DNA from: Spizellomyces punctatus DAOM BR117
Taxonomy: Eukaryota
Length of the DNA stretch: 64,000 bases
Assembly (NCBI GenBank): GCA_000182565.2
Contig: KQ257450.1
Direction: 5' to 3' (one strand)
Shown here: positions 12,704-27,951 of the stretch, piece by piece
Numbering within the stretch: position 1 is the first letter of the stretch
Layout of the letters: the number at the start of each line of letters is the position of its first letter
Translations under genes and position numbers: made by a program
The notes under the pieces: generated by a model
What the model was told of the DNA's origin: nothing
What the model saw: only the letters and a program-made list of their open reading frames with translations
The model's database searches: none

Positions 12704-15700
12704 CTAACACCAGGCTCCCCATCCTCTCCAAGCTCTCCCAAGGATATTAGGATCCGTAGCCTGATCAATCAAACATTCTACTTGTTCCTTGACGCTGCTG
12801 CATTTTTGGCCAACGTCGCTGCGACGGTTGGTCCCTTTCTCGCCCATCACCACATCACGGACAGCCTGGAACCAAGGTTTTTCTCCATGACCCCATTCCA
12901 GCTCTTGTGTCGTTATATCTGCGTGGTTGTGAAATACATTAGCACCTGTTGAATTAATGTCCAAAACTCAACAAGATACATACAACAAGGGTTGTCGCCC
13001 TCTAGCTTTCGTCTGCATGCACACGTTTGGTGGTTTAGAACGTTATTGGACGAGCGGGTCTTTTTTTCACCATGCAAAAAAATAATATTATACACTACCT
13101 TGCTATATCCAGTTTCTGCTGAGGATACCACTCCGGTGGGTTGAGAACATTTTCGCTGCTTCCTGAGGCATCTTGACTAGTCTTGCCTATTGTCAAATGA
13201 TGAAATGTCAAACTCCAACTTTCCACATTATGACTTGCTCACAAGTACCTTGCTTTTGTGCTTGACTCAGAGCAAACCTGCGCCACTCCATTAATGGCTC
13301 CTTGATGAAGATATTCAAGGCATTTAGGAGCACATCTTTGCGGCTACGCATTGCTAATCATCAGACAGGTCAGCCCCTCGTCCATGTTCCATTGGCATCT
13401 AATCATACTCACCTGTGAGAACGTTTATCATGGGATACTCGAGTAGTACTGAAATACCCAACGGCTCCAATGCAAGCTCCATTTGTCTTGTAAGGCGGAA
13501 GGGTATTAGCTCCGGAATGGGCAGCACTTCTGTCGCCGACCTGCGCCGGGAAAACAAAGACATCAGAAGCTTCAAAGTGACCTGGACTATCTTTAGACCG
13601 GTACCCGAACGCATGTCCAAAATCAATTCCGACAATTTGCCCACTTGGAGGTTTCGTCAGTACACGTCAAATAAACAACCCGCCAAATTACTTACGTTGT
13701 CATATCGATCAGAAAGTTCTCTGCGTGCCGATCTCCGATGCCAAGTAGGTACGAGCAGATATTGAGCGTTGCGAGACTCTTTGCGAATTGCGCGCGAATG
13801 GAAAGGAACGCCTCAGGTGATGCCGCCAGTTTATGCATCCAGGTGCGAAGATACGGCTCAAAAGACGTGAGACTGCTCATATGGTCCACGGTGCGGTTTC
13901 TACTCGCCTTTCGAAACATATTTCCGTACACTACAAGAGGCGAATGTTTAGGAACAAGGGCGTCAAGTAATCCTCGCTCACTTGCTACTAAACATACTGT
14001 CGCCTAAATTTCTTGCATGTCCTTTGAAGCTTTCAACGAAAGCGGCGTGTTTCTGATCTGCCCTAGAGTACTCCTCTTTGAATCCGGGTATGCTCATCAT
14101 TACTTCGCGCAGTGGCTTCGTGTTTTCGACCCATTCTAGGATGCCCAGACTCGTACTCATGGGAATAACCTATCGAGTATGGGAATGTTGGAAGACCTCT
14201 TAACAATACTCGCGAAAGAGGTAATAATCACCTTGTATGTACGCAAGAAGAGTCCGCCCTCCAGGCAGTTCATATCATGTAGCATTATGTCGTTCATGAT
14301 CGAAAACATCTGCTGTACTCTTTGATCCAAGCGCAAATCTTCACCGCCCTGTCCGTCTTTATGTTAGAGACCGAGATATATCACACGCAGGGGAAAAAAC
14401 GGAAGGACCTTAATAAGCCATGGATGCTCCTTCTCATCAGACCCAAGAATGATCAAGCGTTTAGGCCGGCGCATTGAACTCATGACAAGCACCTCCGAAT
14501 GGAAGCTAATGACTTTCACATGCTGCTGTGGTCGTGGCATCGTCAACCCTTCATACTGTCCAGGTATTTCTAATTCCTGGAATGGTGGTACGTCAGCATC
14601 GTGCCAACTTAGGTTTGGCAATCTGTCACTAACCTCATTGTAATTGCGCGCATTGAAGTTTGCTAGCCATGGCGAATAATTCTTCAAGGCAACCATTCCT
14701 TGCGGAAGCGCTTCCTTTCCGTGAATAAACTGGTGGTAGTATTTTTGTACCTCTTTCCACTCCGGTAGTTTCATATTTGCCAGCTTGGAACCGTCCTTTC
14801 CTGTGTGGCAGTTAGAATCAATGGGTGGCAACCATAACCCGCCACGTTCGAGCTCTTACCAAGTATTTTGAACAGCTTCGCAGCATGTTTGGACGCGAAC
14901 GCCCTTCCAACCTCGCCCATGTCGGAATTCTGTGTCAGACAATAGGCGGCCATTTCTTCAAAAGCTGTTACGATGGCAGCTTCTTTGTCAGGTCTAACGG
15001 ATCGAATTAAGCTGTCAGTGCGCTCTAGCCAATCTTTGAAAATATGCACGGGCTCAGTTAGTCTCTGCAGCTCAAATTTGAATTTTTCCAACAGAGGGGA
15101 GCTGATTATCGTCTTGAGCGCTTCAATTCTCTTCTTGTTACGCTGTGAGCCGGCATCGTTACCGAATGTGTATTGCTCGCTGCTGATTGATAAAGGGAAG
15201 TACAGGGCGGAGGGATAGTCCCGTCCAATCTTTTCAATAACGGGATACACAGCTTGAGCACTTGGTTTATCAAGAAGGGCGGTCATCTGTGGCATCCACC
15301 GTAAGAACGTCCATGATGGAACAGAAGTTGCCATGCGCTGGAAGTCGTCGGCGGTTTCCTCATACAATTCAATCAGTTGGAGTAATCTCGGATATGCTTC
15401 TATCGCATCCCGTTTGCCGCTTTTCATCGCAGCGAGCGTGTTTGTGATCACCATCCGAGCATAGAGGCAGGTGTCAATAAATGAACGCTAAGCGGGATTT
15501 AGTAACCGTCATCGCGACTGCACATAGAGGCCCTACTCACCAAGTCGCCGCTAGCACCCCTTTCTTCCTCCATCCTCCGCAGTGTCCTATCGCAATGGAT
15601 CGCTATGCGCAACCGATGCTTATCCTTCGGGCTGTCGCTAACAGCCTGTTGAAGACAAGCATACGCTCTGGAGGTCAATACCCGCAGTAAAGCCGTTCCA

Positions 15701-18700
15701 TCGTGCGGTTGGTCGCAGCCTAGACCCTTTATTGCCTTTTTGAGGTGCTTGTTTGACAAGAAGAGTTCTACCAAGTCTGTTTCATCGAGAACAGTTTGGA
15801 CGATGGTATCATAGAGACGACCTTCTAGGCTCAAAAACTTGGCTCGTTGCAGTGGCTCAAGTTTCTGGATCTCTGTCTACAGGAATGCAGTCCTCTATTA
15901 CTAACGCAGTCTCTGTACAAGTAGTCAAAGCGAAGTACCTTGTAGAACGCAAAATTTTGCATTGCTTTTCCTGCTATTTCGAGCATCTCCTGTCCTTGCA
16001 GCTGCTTCATCCGTACGAAGCTCAGCTTCAAAGCATTGTAATTGAAAATATCATCGAACCCATTTTGGACGCTTTGGGTGAGGTAACGCTCTGCCATGTA
16101 GAAGCGATGGTGCTTGCGAGCGGCTCTCGCCATGATGTGACGGGTATCTTGAAGTTTTGAATTCACAATACTTTTCTGTTCTAGTGAAAATCCAACATCT
16201 GCACATTTTTCGGCAATCACTTCGCGTGCGAGCATTATATCATCCCAGACTTCTATTGAATCCAGGTCTATTAATGGGTATCTGATAGAGTAAATTAGTC
16301 GGCATGTATGATAACAAACCAGGCATTAAAAAATGTACCTTGCCCATTGCTTTACCAATGCCTCAAATCTCATCGAACGGGACTTAGGGTCTTGAATAAG
16401 CTGTAGGAATGACCGCAACTCCATTATGACTTGTATCTGGGATAGCTTCGATAGACGGGCCTCATAAGCGAGAGGGTTGAGAGTCGCAAACCCTTGTAAA
16501 AATTCGTCTTGTGCCCGTCGTACGTAATGCAAAGCCCGATTCAGATCGCCAGAAGAGACTAGTGCGAGGCTGAGATCTACAAGGATATGGGTACGAGGAT
16601 ACATGTCTTAAAGCCCGTACGTATGGTATCATTACCTTTTGAAAATAAGGATCCAAGGAAATCTCTGCATCGAAAATCAAAAATGTGCGAGATCGTATTG
16701 AAATCATTTTTCGAGCGTACCTTTTGACAGGATCTTCCATTGCCTTTGCAATGAAGTCGTAGAGCGGATTTGGGCGATCTTCTTTCCACTCTAAACGTAT
16801 ACCGGAGTCATTTTGGAAGCCGTGCCGCAGTCTTAGAAACGCTCGGAAAAAGAGCCGCAAATCCGGGTCCTGATAATCTGCGTCCCATAAGTGTTCCGTG
16901 GAATTGTTTAGATCCGTCATGATATAGTGAGCAAGTTCATCCCACAGCCCTAGTTTGTTGAGGCATTCAACCAGACCCCGGTGACAGATGTCTGCCTATA
17001 GTACAGATGTTACAGACATAGTAAGGCCATGTAGAATGCACTCGCTCGTTACCTCATGTTCTTCGAGTTTCTCGTCTGTTTCCAGCGCCTGCTTGTATGC
17101 TCGCAACGCACGGTCATATTGCCCCAGAGACTCGGCAGTGATCGCCTCTGTCAAATATCTTGAATATCTTCCCATGCTTTCATGGCATCATTATACTTTC
17201 AGAACTGACCTTTTACAACATGGTTGGAGGATACTCTCGTCTCATACAACGGCCGATACACGTCGACCTTATTCATCGACCGATAAAGCCGTGCCAACTG
17301 CACCCAAAACTCTATGCTCTGCTTTTTGCTCGCATTCCGCCCTGTTCTTGAGCGCTTTGAGGCTACTCAATGGGTCGCAATATGTCAATATAATGAGATG
17401 TTCTCCATTGGCGCATCACAGCCGAGGGATCCCATTATACTCACCAGGCGGCTGAGGTGCATCATTTGCAAGTTTTTCCCTATGATTCCAAGAAATGTCA
17501 AAATGGACGCCACACCTACTGCTAGAAAGAAAAAAAGAAAGTCCGCTGTACATACAGTAATAGAATTCCCATCTCGTTATTAGCGCTCCCTTCACTAGCC
17601 CGAAAAATCAACTGCGGCGAACAAGCGGCGACTGGCATCTGATACAGCACACGCAAGATGGCAGCCATGACAGGCGGATGAAGATTAACAGATCGATTCA
17701 GAATGTCTTGTAAATGCTGTCCAATGACACTCTTGTATTCCTCTTTTCTTTCTTCATCCTAATTGGGCCGTATATCAGGCAAGTATTGTAGCAATACGGA
17801 GATGTTGGCGAGCATACCATGCCTTGGTAATCATCGACATGCCCGAGAACAGAAGCTACCAAAGAGCTGAACACTTGCTGGCCAACCTCCGAGTCTCTCA
17901 TCGCTAGTGCCTGAAGAGGATTGATGATCTCGCTGTGCTGTATCTCGATATCGGGCAGCTCGCCTATGCGGTACTTTCTTGCCAGAGTAACTGTCCGGGC
18001 ACGCGCAATCTTCTGAAGCTGCTCGTTCTTCGCTCGAGCGCGCTTTTGTCGTTCTTGTTGAGTTGCGTAGAAGCGATGATCGTAAGTGCCTTGCGCTTGG
18101 CGCCTAGTATACGATGTAAAGCGAGTTCTGAACGAGAAGCTACATTAGCTTCACATAGAACCCAGAAAAACAGTTGGTGACACACCGATCTGCTTGAGGA
18201 CCTTCGAACTGTGTGGATGTGAATGCAGAGGTAGATTCAGACTCCGAACCAGAGAAAATATCTCTTGCTTGAACCGGTCCTATCTGCGTGTCTATGAGAC
18301 CGGTAGCATCAATGATTCATAATATATCCTCCGTGATAATCGTCGAGAGTTCCAGCAATGCATACCAAGAGTGGGGGTCCACTGGACCTGTTGAGTAGCA
18401 CGAACAAATCCAACCGCTTGTGTGCCTCGTGCCTGCATCCGGGCTTGTGTAGCAGCAAAAAGGGGCTGCATTGACCCACTGCCCAGCCATGAGACATCGG
18501 TGTCAAGTGAGGCATCAGCGAAGGTGGCATCCGGGAGCCCACTATCAAACTACTTGAACAATGAGTGCAAAACCTTCCGACGATACCTAACGGGCCAACC
18601 TTACCATATTTGTACCGTACTGCGGCGCCTCCTTTGCAACGTCAATGAGAAAATATGTGCTGAAGTTCAGATATGAACTCTCAACTTCGGGTTCATACAG

Positions 18701-21700
18701 AGATCTAAGACTCATATCAGTACAGCAAAATTTGATCATGCAGCTCAGAGGATGATGTACCCGAGAAGGAACTCCGTCCGACTGAAGATGTCGCCTTGTC
18801 CCATGCGACCTCCCTGTCTAAGATAGCTGGTAACTGCACCTCGAATCTCTTCGGTGGGATCGGTTAGACCTTGCAATATAGCAAGTTTGAGGACGCGATT
18901 TATCTTGGCTTCGAGGTCTGTTCGCTCATGCAGACGCATCATCAAGGTGTAAAATGCGGACCGACATTTCGCTGACGGATGTCCGCTGAATGTCTCAATA
19001 GCGGTTGCAAGGAAATACGATACGTCCTCGTTTCGCAAGGAAGGTGCCAAATTTAGGAGGATCACAAGAACATGCGCCTGGCTTTCATCATCACGATGTT
19101 GGATCAGTTGTTGCAGATTCTTGGCGCGGAGGTCTGCAAACAAGCCCTCAATGTCCGGCGCCGATGACGAGAGGGCATATAAGCATTTTGCGCGTACTCT
19201 GCCATAGAGGCGCGGAAGAATAAAAAGTAGGTCTTTGGCATAGTCCTTCACAATGTCTGGGTACCCGACGCTCAGCCGGTTCAAGATCAGTACAAATCGA
19301 TCTTGCTCGGTCCCAGAGCCTCGAACCCCATTCAAAGATCTCAGCTGGCGAAAGTAATTATTAGCACGATGTCAGGTCTTCATACCCTTTGCGCGTTTTG
19401 TATACCAAGTTTCTTAGCTTTTCTTCCAGTTGTGCGGCAATTCCAGCACCGTTTTTCCGTGCGAATGAGATCCAGCGACCTAACACTTCGGCTGAAAAAG
19501 AATAGATTTCTTTCCGACTGTTAACCAGCAAACTCATGAAAGCATCACAGAACTGGTCTTCCGATAAAGAAAGAGCACCAAGTCCGCGCATGTCAAACGG
19601 AGGCACCCCATGAGTTACATAAACCAAGATTAGATATATGCCCGCCAACAAGTTCTCCCTCTTTTGATTAGTTATATACTCGTATATTATTCTCTGAGAG
19701 ATATTGCAATTAGTTTTGGCAACAAAAACCGTCAACCTAATAACATACCGTTGGTGCTACCATTAGCGAAGGCCACAGCTCGATGAATGACGCGATAAGT
19801 TCAAGATTCTCTCTGACTTCCGGCATTGAATCCGCGACACAGACACTGGCGACAAGAGACTCCTGCATTTGTCTCCAATATCAGCTGTGGATGCCTTGCA
19901 TACCTAAGGCATTCAATATTAGATCACAACCCACCATCATCTTGAAGAGAATGGTACGTGTGTCATGGTCGTCATCAAGACCAAGGGACTGCTGTGTCTC
20001 CTCCCCTTTCGCACTTCCACCCCATTTGAGGAGCTGTAAGCATAGATCCTGACATGGCCACACATTAGGACGTATCGCGGGGTACTAATTGCAGGCAGGA
20101 TTCATACTGACCTGAACAAACCCACGTACTCCTTTTGAAAATTGTGTATGGACGGCAATCAGCTCCGCAAAGCATTTCCACCATTCCCCGGCGTTGGCTG
20201 AGAATGCTTCTGGGACATTCATGACAATAGCAGCTATGAAGACTCGCACATTCAACGGGGTGTCTATGCATCTTTTAGATCAAAAATACGCATCAGAAGA
20301 GAACTGAATTGTTTGTTTACCTGTCTCGCTCATCTTTTTTAACAACTCCTGCATCCATGTCGGTGTCTTTCCATCGGTATTAGGTACGGCATTGAGCTTT
20401 TTTATAATATCGACGATCCTGCTCATGCAAATGTTATGATCGAAGATCTAAGGGATTCTATTAGACACTTCATGGATTCAGGAACAGCGGACGATAAATT
20501 ACAGCTACGCACAAGGCTCGTGCTGCTCTGGTCGCCTGTTGGTGAAGTGGTCATCAATTCGCCTTGGTCAGGATTCCAGGTATCCCCTTCTTGCAGTGAG
20601 GACTGAGTCGGTGCGCTGTACACAGGTCCGCTGCTCGCATTGGTCGACGGACGATCCAAAGGGATTGTAATAGTCTAAACCTCAGAGATTGGAAATCAGT
20701 TTGATGCAATTGAGGCTCAGCGATCCAGTCATACCTGACTCAAGCTGCTATCTGCTAGAAACTGACTAGGACGATACGCTTGGCGGATGGGGAACGCGCC
20801 GATCGCTCGTGCTTGGAGCAACGAAACTTCGTTGAGCTTTTCCCGAAGGTCTTCCTACACATGCCCACGAACATTCAGTGAGACCCGGTCCCAACCACCC
20901 AAAATCTTTGCCTACTTACATGAATATCTACTATATTTTTCCATGGATCCTCTTGCTTCTGGCGATTCTCCTTGAAAAGGAACGTCGTGCAAAATTTGAC
21001 AAGTTGATCTCTTTGAGTTGACGCAATGACCGAAGCCAAGACGTTGTAAGCCGTCTGGTGGTATGTAGTGCGGAAGGATGTTACTCCACCCGGTTCCTCG
21101 CGGAAATTTTCATTCTTGGACGTATTGGCCAGCTTAATAAGGTCTACTGAGAGTTCCTTGCCAGTTTTCGGTGTGCCATTGCAATAAGATTTAACAATGC
21201 TTCCAGCAGTGCTATGAACGTCATGTGTGTCCAGACGACTGTAGCACACATCCATAAGTTCGTAGCATGCTGTTCTCGTCAAAAGTTGGGATTTCTGCTC
21301 GTGCTCCTTAGACGACAGCGGCCCAGACAGTGTTGTCATGATCTGATTGATATGGCGGACGAAGGCTGTGCGAACGTAGGCTTTCGGTGCCACCGACAGC
21401 GCCGGCACAAGCATGTGCAAAACCACATTGCTCCTCACCTCCACTGGGAGCGATGAATCGAAGAAAAAACTACACGAACCACGTTTTAAACCAGTCGGGG
21501 TACGGATGAAATAGTATCATGCTACTTACCCCAACAAAGTACTCGTTAGCTTGTCCATATCGGAGGCGGATAGTCTGCGTGCTGCAATTCCCACAGCCTT
21601 CTTCAAAGAGGCGGCGAACAGATGATCGCGCTCTCTGCACACATGGCGAGCCAAGACTTTGGGAATGACCACGCCATCGGATAGTTCTAGAGCTCTCATG

Positions 21701-24700
21701 AGAGAATTCATTGCATCGACATAATCACTGTACTGTGCAGTTCCTTCAACGAGATCCTTTGGAGATATCGGAAATTGGTTTACCACTATGTCGTTGAGTC
21801 GCCTCTCGAGCTACAACAGTGATGAGTTATAGAGAATGAAAATAACGTCACAAACACGTACCTTTGCGGCGTTCGAAGGTACAAGGAGGTATGCCGGTAG
21901 TAGATTCAAAGCGTCCGTTATAGTGGCCAGAGGATTGGCCACATCCAATAGAGTCACATATGCGTCGGTGAAAACGGTGAAGAAATCGGAGGTCGCAGTT
22001 CGAGCCAGTACGTTCGGGTCCAGTTGCACGATTTTCTTCAGCAATTGCAGCGTATTTCCGAAGTTATATTCCCGGACTACCTTGGTCAAAAAGGCAGAGT
22101 GTTTCACGAACTACAGAGGCCATTGTCGTGTATCAGTTCAGTTTCAGGGGTGGGCAGGCTGATTTCTCGCAGTTAAACTACCTGATCCATGAATGCAAGG
22201 CATTCATCCGCTTTAGAGGTTCTGTTCACGATCAAATAGTCGGGAATGCCGAGCAGAATCGTGTGTACGATAGGATGCTGCAGGTGCTTTTCGAAAAAGT
22301 CTACATATTGGTCCAAATTACGAGCGAGCTCTGAATTGATCTTTTGCGCGACATGAGAAAAATGCAAACACCGAAGCTTAATTCAGTAATGTCATACGTA
22401 GGATGCATAACGCTGATAGAACTTGATTGATGTCTCAGCATCCTTCTCATTCTCAAGGCACTGCAAAAGAAAGCGGTAAGATGTCTGCTGATTGACGGAC
22501 CTGACGCTTCATCTCACCAGAATCTGGGAGAAATACTGCTCCCTTGACGACGTATGCATTAAACACACTTGCAGTAGGCTTCCAACTACTACGATTGTGC
22601 TTGGGTCAGTCTCGTCTCTCAACGAGCCGATTAGTCTGACTATATTCGCCGAAGTGTCCATTGCACGTGTTTCCATCACTGCATCAAACATGTCCGCTCG
22701 ACATAGTTGCTGTAGCCCAGCGGTGGTTCGCAATAGCATCCCTCTACGTTGTAGATCATTTGGATTCACCTTTGCCAGATCGATCTGGTCATTAAAATAA
22801 ACATCCGCCAGAGATTGGACCATGACTTTTTGCCACATCTCGGGCAAGTTCTTCTTCATTGATCTCAGTACGGACTCCATTCTTCGAGGAAGATTGCGCT
22901 TTACTTCCTGACTTTCGATAGCGAAGCCGACATCATGCGGGCGGAATACACAAGTAGCGATAATGTGGAAGAATTTGGAACTCCATATCTTGGCTTTCTC
23001 TAACTTCTTCGCATTTTCAAAGCCATCGCGCTGCAACACACTTAGCAGGAAATCTACCGCCTTTGCTATTGTCAATGAGCGTATTTGATTGTATAGATGT
23101 TTGGCTGCAGGGTTCACCGTTCCATCAACGTCAGCATCAGCGTAGATGTTTATGAAACGGACAAAGGCAGGCAGCAGCTGCGACTGAGTCTGCTCTAAAA
23201 TCGTCCTTGCTTCCATGATTTTTGCATCAATCAGGAATGTATAGCCACTGAGGGCTGTAGTTAATTGACTCAGCCAGAGGCTGACCGTTTTTGACTGCAG
23301 ATCTGCATCCGAAGGAAAGACAAGATTTGTGCGCTCCAAAATGTCGGGAATGAACGTTGGCTTTGAACTGCTGCGACTGCGTACAAATTCATTTGGGGCT
23401 GCAAGAGGACATCAATCATAATTCGCCATTAAACCCTCATTCCATAAACTTACTGGATATGAGAGGAACCAGCTCCATAAACACTTGCATGCACTGCTGA
23501 GCATACGTCAGTTCAAGACGTCCAATTTCAGCGAAAATCCAATCTACGAGTCCCGCAAGGTTGGCCTCATTCAACCCGGGGAATGACCTTCGAGTGCTTT
23601 TCGAAGAGCGGAACAGGTCAGATTTGCTTTTGATAATCTTGAGTACATGCTGCACCCCTTTAATTGTCATCTGTTGTGTTCCCAGGCCCGTATGATCGTT
23701 TTCCGCTAATCTCAGCGCCATCAAAAGATGATAGAGTATCTCAAAAGAAAACTGATCGACAAGGGACTCCTCCTCCCTTAAGCGACAGAGAGTCAGTGCC
23801 TAGCCCCATATCTTTTCAGGCGGGAAGCGTACCTGAAAATCCGGTAAATCCGATTGAATGTCACAGCGCCTCCCATCCTTTTATGAGAACTACTATGCGA
23901 AAGAAGTCGGTACATGCGCTTCAACAACGATTTTGCATTCATCGGGCTCTGATCAAGCTCCTAAGGCACGCAGTTTGGACGCTGTTTGTGGCCGTTCATG
24001 AAATATATCATTGTACCTTCGGTAGCGTGTGTTTTATTGACCACGCCAGGAATTCTGCTATACATTCCCCGGCAAATTCTCGTCCCTACAAAATTGTGAC
24101 ACAGGTTGGAAAGTATTGCAATCAAATGCGCAGACGAGAGAACGTACCGGACCATCATCACCACTGACTGCATCGATGCAAGCGTTCAACATCGCCATTG
24201 TCTCTGCATTCTCAGCCTTCGAATTTTTCGTCAACCAATGTATAATTTGAAACACCAGAGGTCGAAAGAGGTCTCTGGTGACTTTGTCCAAGTCAACCGC
24301 CAGCCGAAGCAGCCCCGGGAAGACTTTGCGGTATAGGTTGTGAAATGGACTCTTACAGCGAGAATAGTATCCATCCATCATTATCACAACTAAATATGCG
24401 AGAATATACAGGAGAGGGACGAACCTTCTTTGCCGCTGACGTTCTCCCTACATTCGTAAGCTGCTTAGCGCTCCGCCCAATCATGACGATCACACACGCA
24501 TGCAGTAGCTCTGTCGCAGCAATTTTCGTTTTACGGTCTGGTGAGGATTCTGCCAGGTCCATCACCCGAGGCAAGATGTCATCTACAATAAAGAGGACAT
24601 GAGTGAAGTCTTGTGGCAAACTTAGTGATCATATCCTTGCATCATACCCATATAGATTCGACAGTTGATCTCTTTAAAAGGCATGTCAAACCACACTCTC

Positions 24701-27700
24701 TTTTCAGTATCCCAAGCTATGAGCTGCTGGCTTCCGCGACCTTCTTCTAGAAGAAACCTATTGTCGCCTCCTATCATTCCTAACAGAACTATGATACGAT
24801 AGCGTATAGCTCTCAGCTGGGTGTTCGTGGTTTCATCCTAGATTATGGAGAATGTAAGGCATCGTGGGTTCACGAAAATTACGGCGAATAATTCTTACAA
24901 TAGTGGCCAGGGCAGCAAGCTTTGCCCTAATCTTCGCGGCCGAAGCCCTTTGGATTGAGATTAGCCCATTCTTGCTAAGAGATTGCCTTGGCGCGGACGA
25001 TGAAGGCTGGTCGCTTTCGACATCCAGCACTAAATAGTCGGCTAAAAGAGGCAGCACTCCTTTATACGCAGGCCGCAAAACGTCCGCTGGAAAATCAGCA
25101 ATCCAGCGTTCAAGAGTTTCGAGGGCGATATTTGCAAGAGGTGGAAAGGACAAGCCCAATCTCAAAGCGATTCGCAGTGGTTGGACCGTGTCTTTAACGG
25201 ATATGAGCTCCGAAGGACAGGCTAGCACGACCCGCAAGCAACTTGCTAAAAGGTCGTCTTTGTAACCCTGCAAACGGACAAGCACTTCCCTAATATAGTT
25301 AAAGAAGAGCACATATGTCCGTCTCTGCTCGCTGGTCGCCTGCTCTGCAAAGTCTTCTTCGGTCCCCTACACAGACAGAATCGTAATTGAGAGACTGCTG
25401 GTTGCGCTTTAATGAAACTTCGGACATACTTCATGGATCCCCTTACGGTCAGGTGCCAGAGTACCTTCAAAAAACCCGGTGGAATTGCTCAATCTTAGTA
25501 TCACACTGAACAGGTTATAAAAACCGCTAATCAGAGGATTCCTCAGAGAGAGTTCGATCCACTTATTTCCAACGATGTAAATCCAATTGGAAAAGCGCTC
25601 CGTCCGCACGCGTGTTAGGAAGTGCTCGCAGAATCTCGAAAACGTGACCAAAATTGCCACGTCGACTCCGTTTACAGCTTGTAAATTCGTATCATTGGCT
25701 GCTTCAACTACAGCAGGTTGATTTACTTCGGTCAGGGAAAGATTAAGATTCTGTGGTAACTGAATCAAAGCTTTGATTGTTTCGTCGTAAAGCATATCGT
25801 CCAATTTCTTGCGGTCATCAGAATCCAACCGCTCGTTATCAGCGCTTGTCGATTTGAAAAGATGTTCCCAGAAAAACAGGTAATCATCAAAAGCAAATCG
25901 TGCCGCCGCAGGTTGTCCATCGTTCACAATGTCATCCGATGATGTTGATGTGCAAGTGATGACAATGGTTTCATATGCTATAACGAGCAATCAGTTAATA
26001 ATCGAAAGCAAATAATTTCTTGCATGGTAGCGAACCTATCTTTGACCATAACGCTGTTCCTATTGGGCCCTTCTTGTTTAATACCCCAAGAAGATTGCGA
26101 AAGGCAGACACAGACAATCCTCGGTAGGCAGCTCCCATGCTTGAAAATTTCGACAACATTGTCTTCGCGATGGCCTCTGCGTGTGGTGCATATTGTAGGG
26201 AAGCTATTCAAGACAAGAAAACCACCGAACGTAATGATCCGTACCAACAGCGGCCAGAAGTTCGGTGTCAATGACATCCAGCTCGTCGGCAATGAACGCG
26301 TAAGCTTCCAAAAATGACGGTATGTGGCTCAAGATGTCTTCCCGATTTCCTGTTCCTCTGTCGGTTGATATGGTCAAGGGTGGCCATCTATCTTTGTTGT
26401 CTAGTAACCAAAATAGATCTTACTCGGAATTTAGAAATGCATTCTTCGCGACAAGATGCTCGAGCATCAGGTTGAGTTGGCCGGGATCAAGAAGTTGCTT
26501 GCAAGGCCCTGCAAAAAAACCGTATCCACGAATCGCAAGGGAAACATCCTTGTACGCTGCTTTGTTCTGCTGCAGTATATCCGTGAATTGCCGCATGAAC
26601 CACTAGAATAGACATAAATAATCATAAGATTATGTGGATTCCCGAACAACTATTCCAACGTGCTAACCCAGAAACATTTCTTGGCATCCTGCTCCGACGA
26701 TTTATTTTTTAGCACCATTGCGATTATTTTCAAGAATTGGTCGATGGCTCGATAGCCAAGGCGAGAAACGTCAATGTTTTGATGCTGACTGGCATTGCGC
26801 AAATCTACGTATATTGCTGCATAGTTTTCGTAAAAAGGACCTTGAAGTTTGGCGGCATGGTCAATGACGATTTGAAGCGCCGCTTTGGGGATGCTGTACT
26901 GCGTCAGTTCTCCTAGAGGCTCAATCATGCGTCTCACGTATCCACCGATTATGCCCAAATCTCGATCGAGATCTATCGATGATCATTAGACGAGTTCACT
27001 ACACCATTATACCCACCCTAAAGCGGTTACCTGCTCTAAACATCAAGTCATCGAGAGCTCGAATAGCACCTTCTATGTGAGGAAGATCTGGATTTTTTTC
27101 AAAGAGAGTGGACACGCATTGGATCACAATGTGGTGCAGGTGGGAAATTTGACTAGCATCGATGACTGATGGGAAATATCGGCTAATATTTCCCAAGAGT
27201 CTCAGAAGGGCCCCTTTCACGGAGGAAGTGAGCTTGGTTTGTTGTTGGACATATGTCTGCAAGTAACTTTCCAAGCAGATGAGTATGTGTTTGTGCAGGG
27301 GAATATCAATGCTTCTCACAATTGGAATAGCTTCTGGATATCAATTTTCTTAGGATCGATGATGTTAAGGGTGGGATCCAATAATGCAGAGAGGACATTG
27401 AAGCTTTCAGCCTTTACTTTGGATGACTCTTTGAAAGAGCTGAACAAGGACTGACAAATAGACTACGAACTTAAAGTCAGGCCAATCACACATACTGAGG
27501 AAACCTGTCAGTATTAGGACACACCTGTATGTCAATAGCATACTGCCTCAATGATGATGATGTTTCATACATAAAGCCGGCTAGGGCCTTGCATATAACA
27601 GCTTTTGCGTCATTATGAACTTTATTACCCAACGACAAACGAAGGAATTGGAGAGCACCACGTTCGGCATCGAATAACAGGGCTGTAGCGAGAGCTGATA

Positions 27701-27951
27701 GGAAGAATGATAATAGGAAAGTATGAGGATGAAACTTCTTCCTTCAATAACCCGGCCCAACTATCAACGCCAAATAATATGGAGAGTAGGCTCGCTAACG
27801 AACCATCGTCCTGGCGGTCTAAATCTCCCAAGGCCGCTTGAATGTCTTCTGCCAACGCCTTTGTGCTGGTAATTGTAGAGCTCTTTGACACACACTCGTT
27901 CAGCTCTACCAGGCACCTCCGCAGGTTCTCCACTGCTGCCTGCGATGCCAT
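12704..27951 (-). CDS. PRKDC: DNA-dependent protein kinase catalytic subunit (giant PIKK with HEAT repeats, FAT, kinase, FATC); many introns
   Basis: FATC QVECLIDQATDPNILGRAWRGWGAWC*; kinase GGEDLRLDQR, LGIGDRHAENFLID, PELIPFRLTRQ; EIPGQY; ILPRVMDLAESSPDRKTKIAATELLHA; LLRLAVDLDKVTRDLFRPLVFQIIHWLT. Start MASQAAVENL at 27951 is inferred. Confidence 0.93.
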
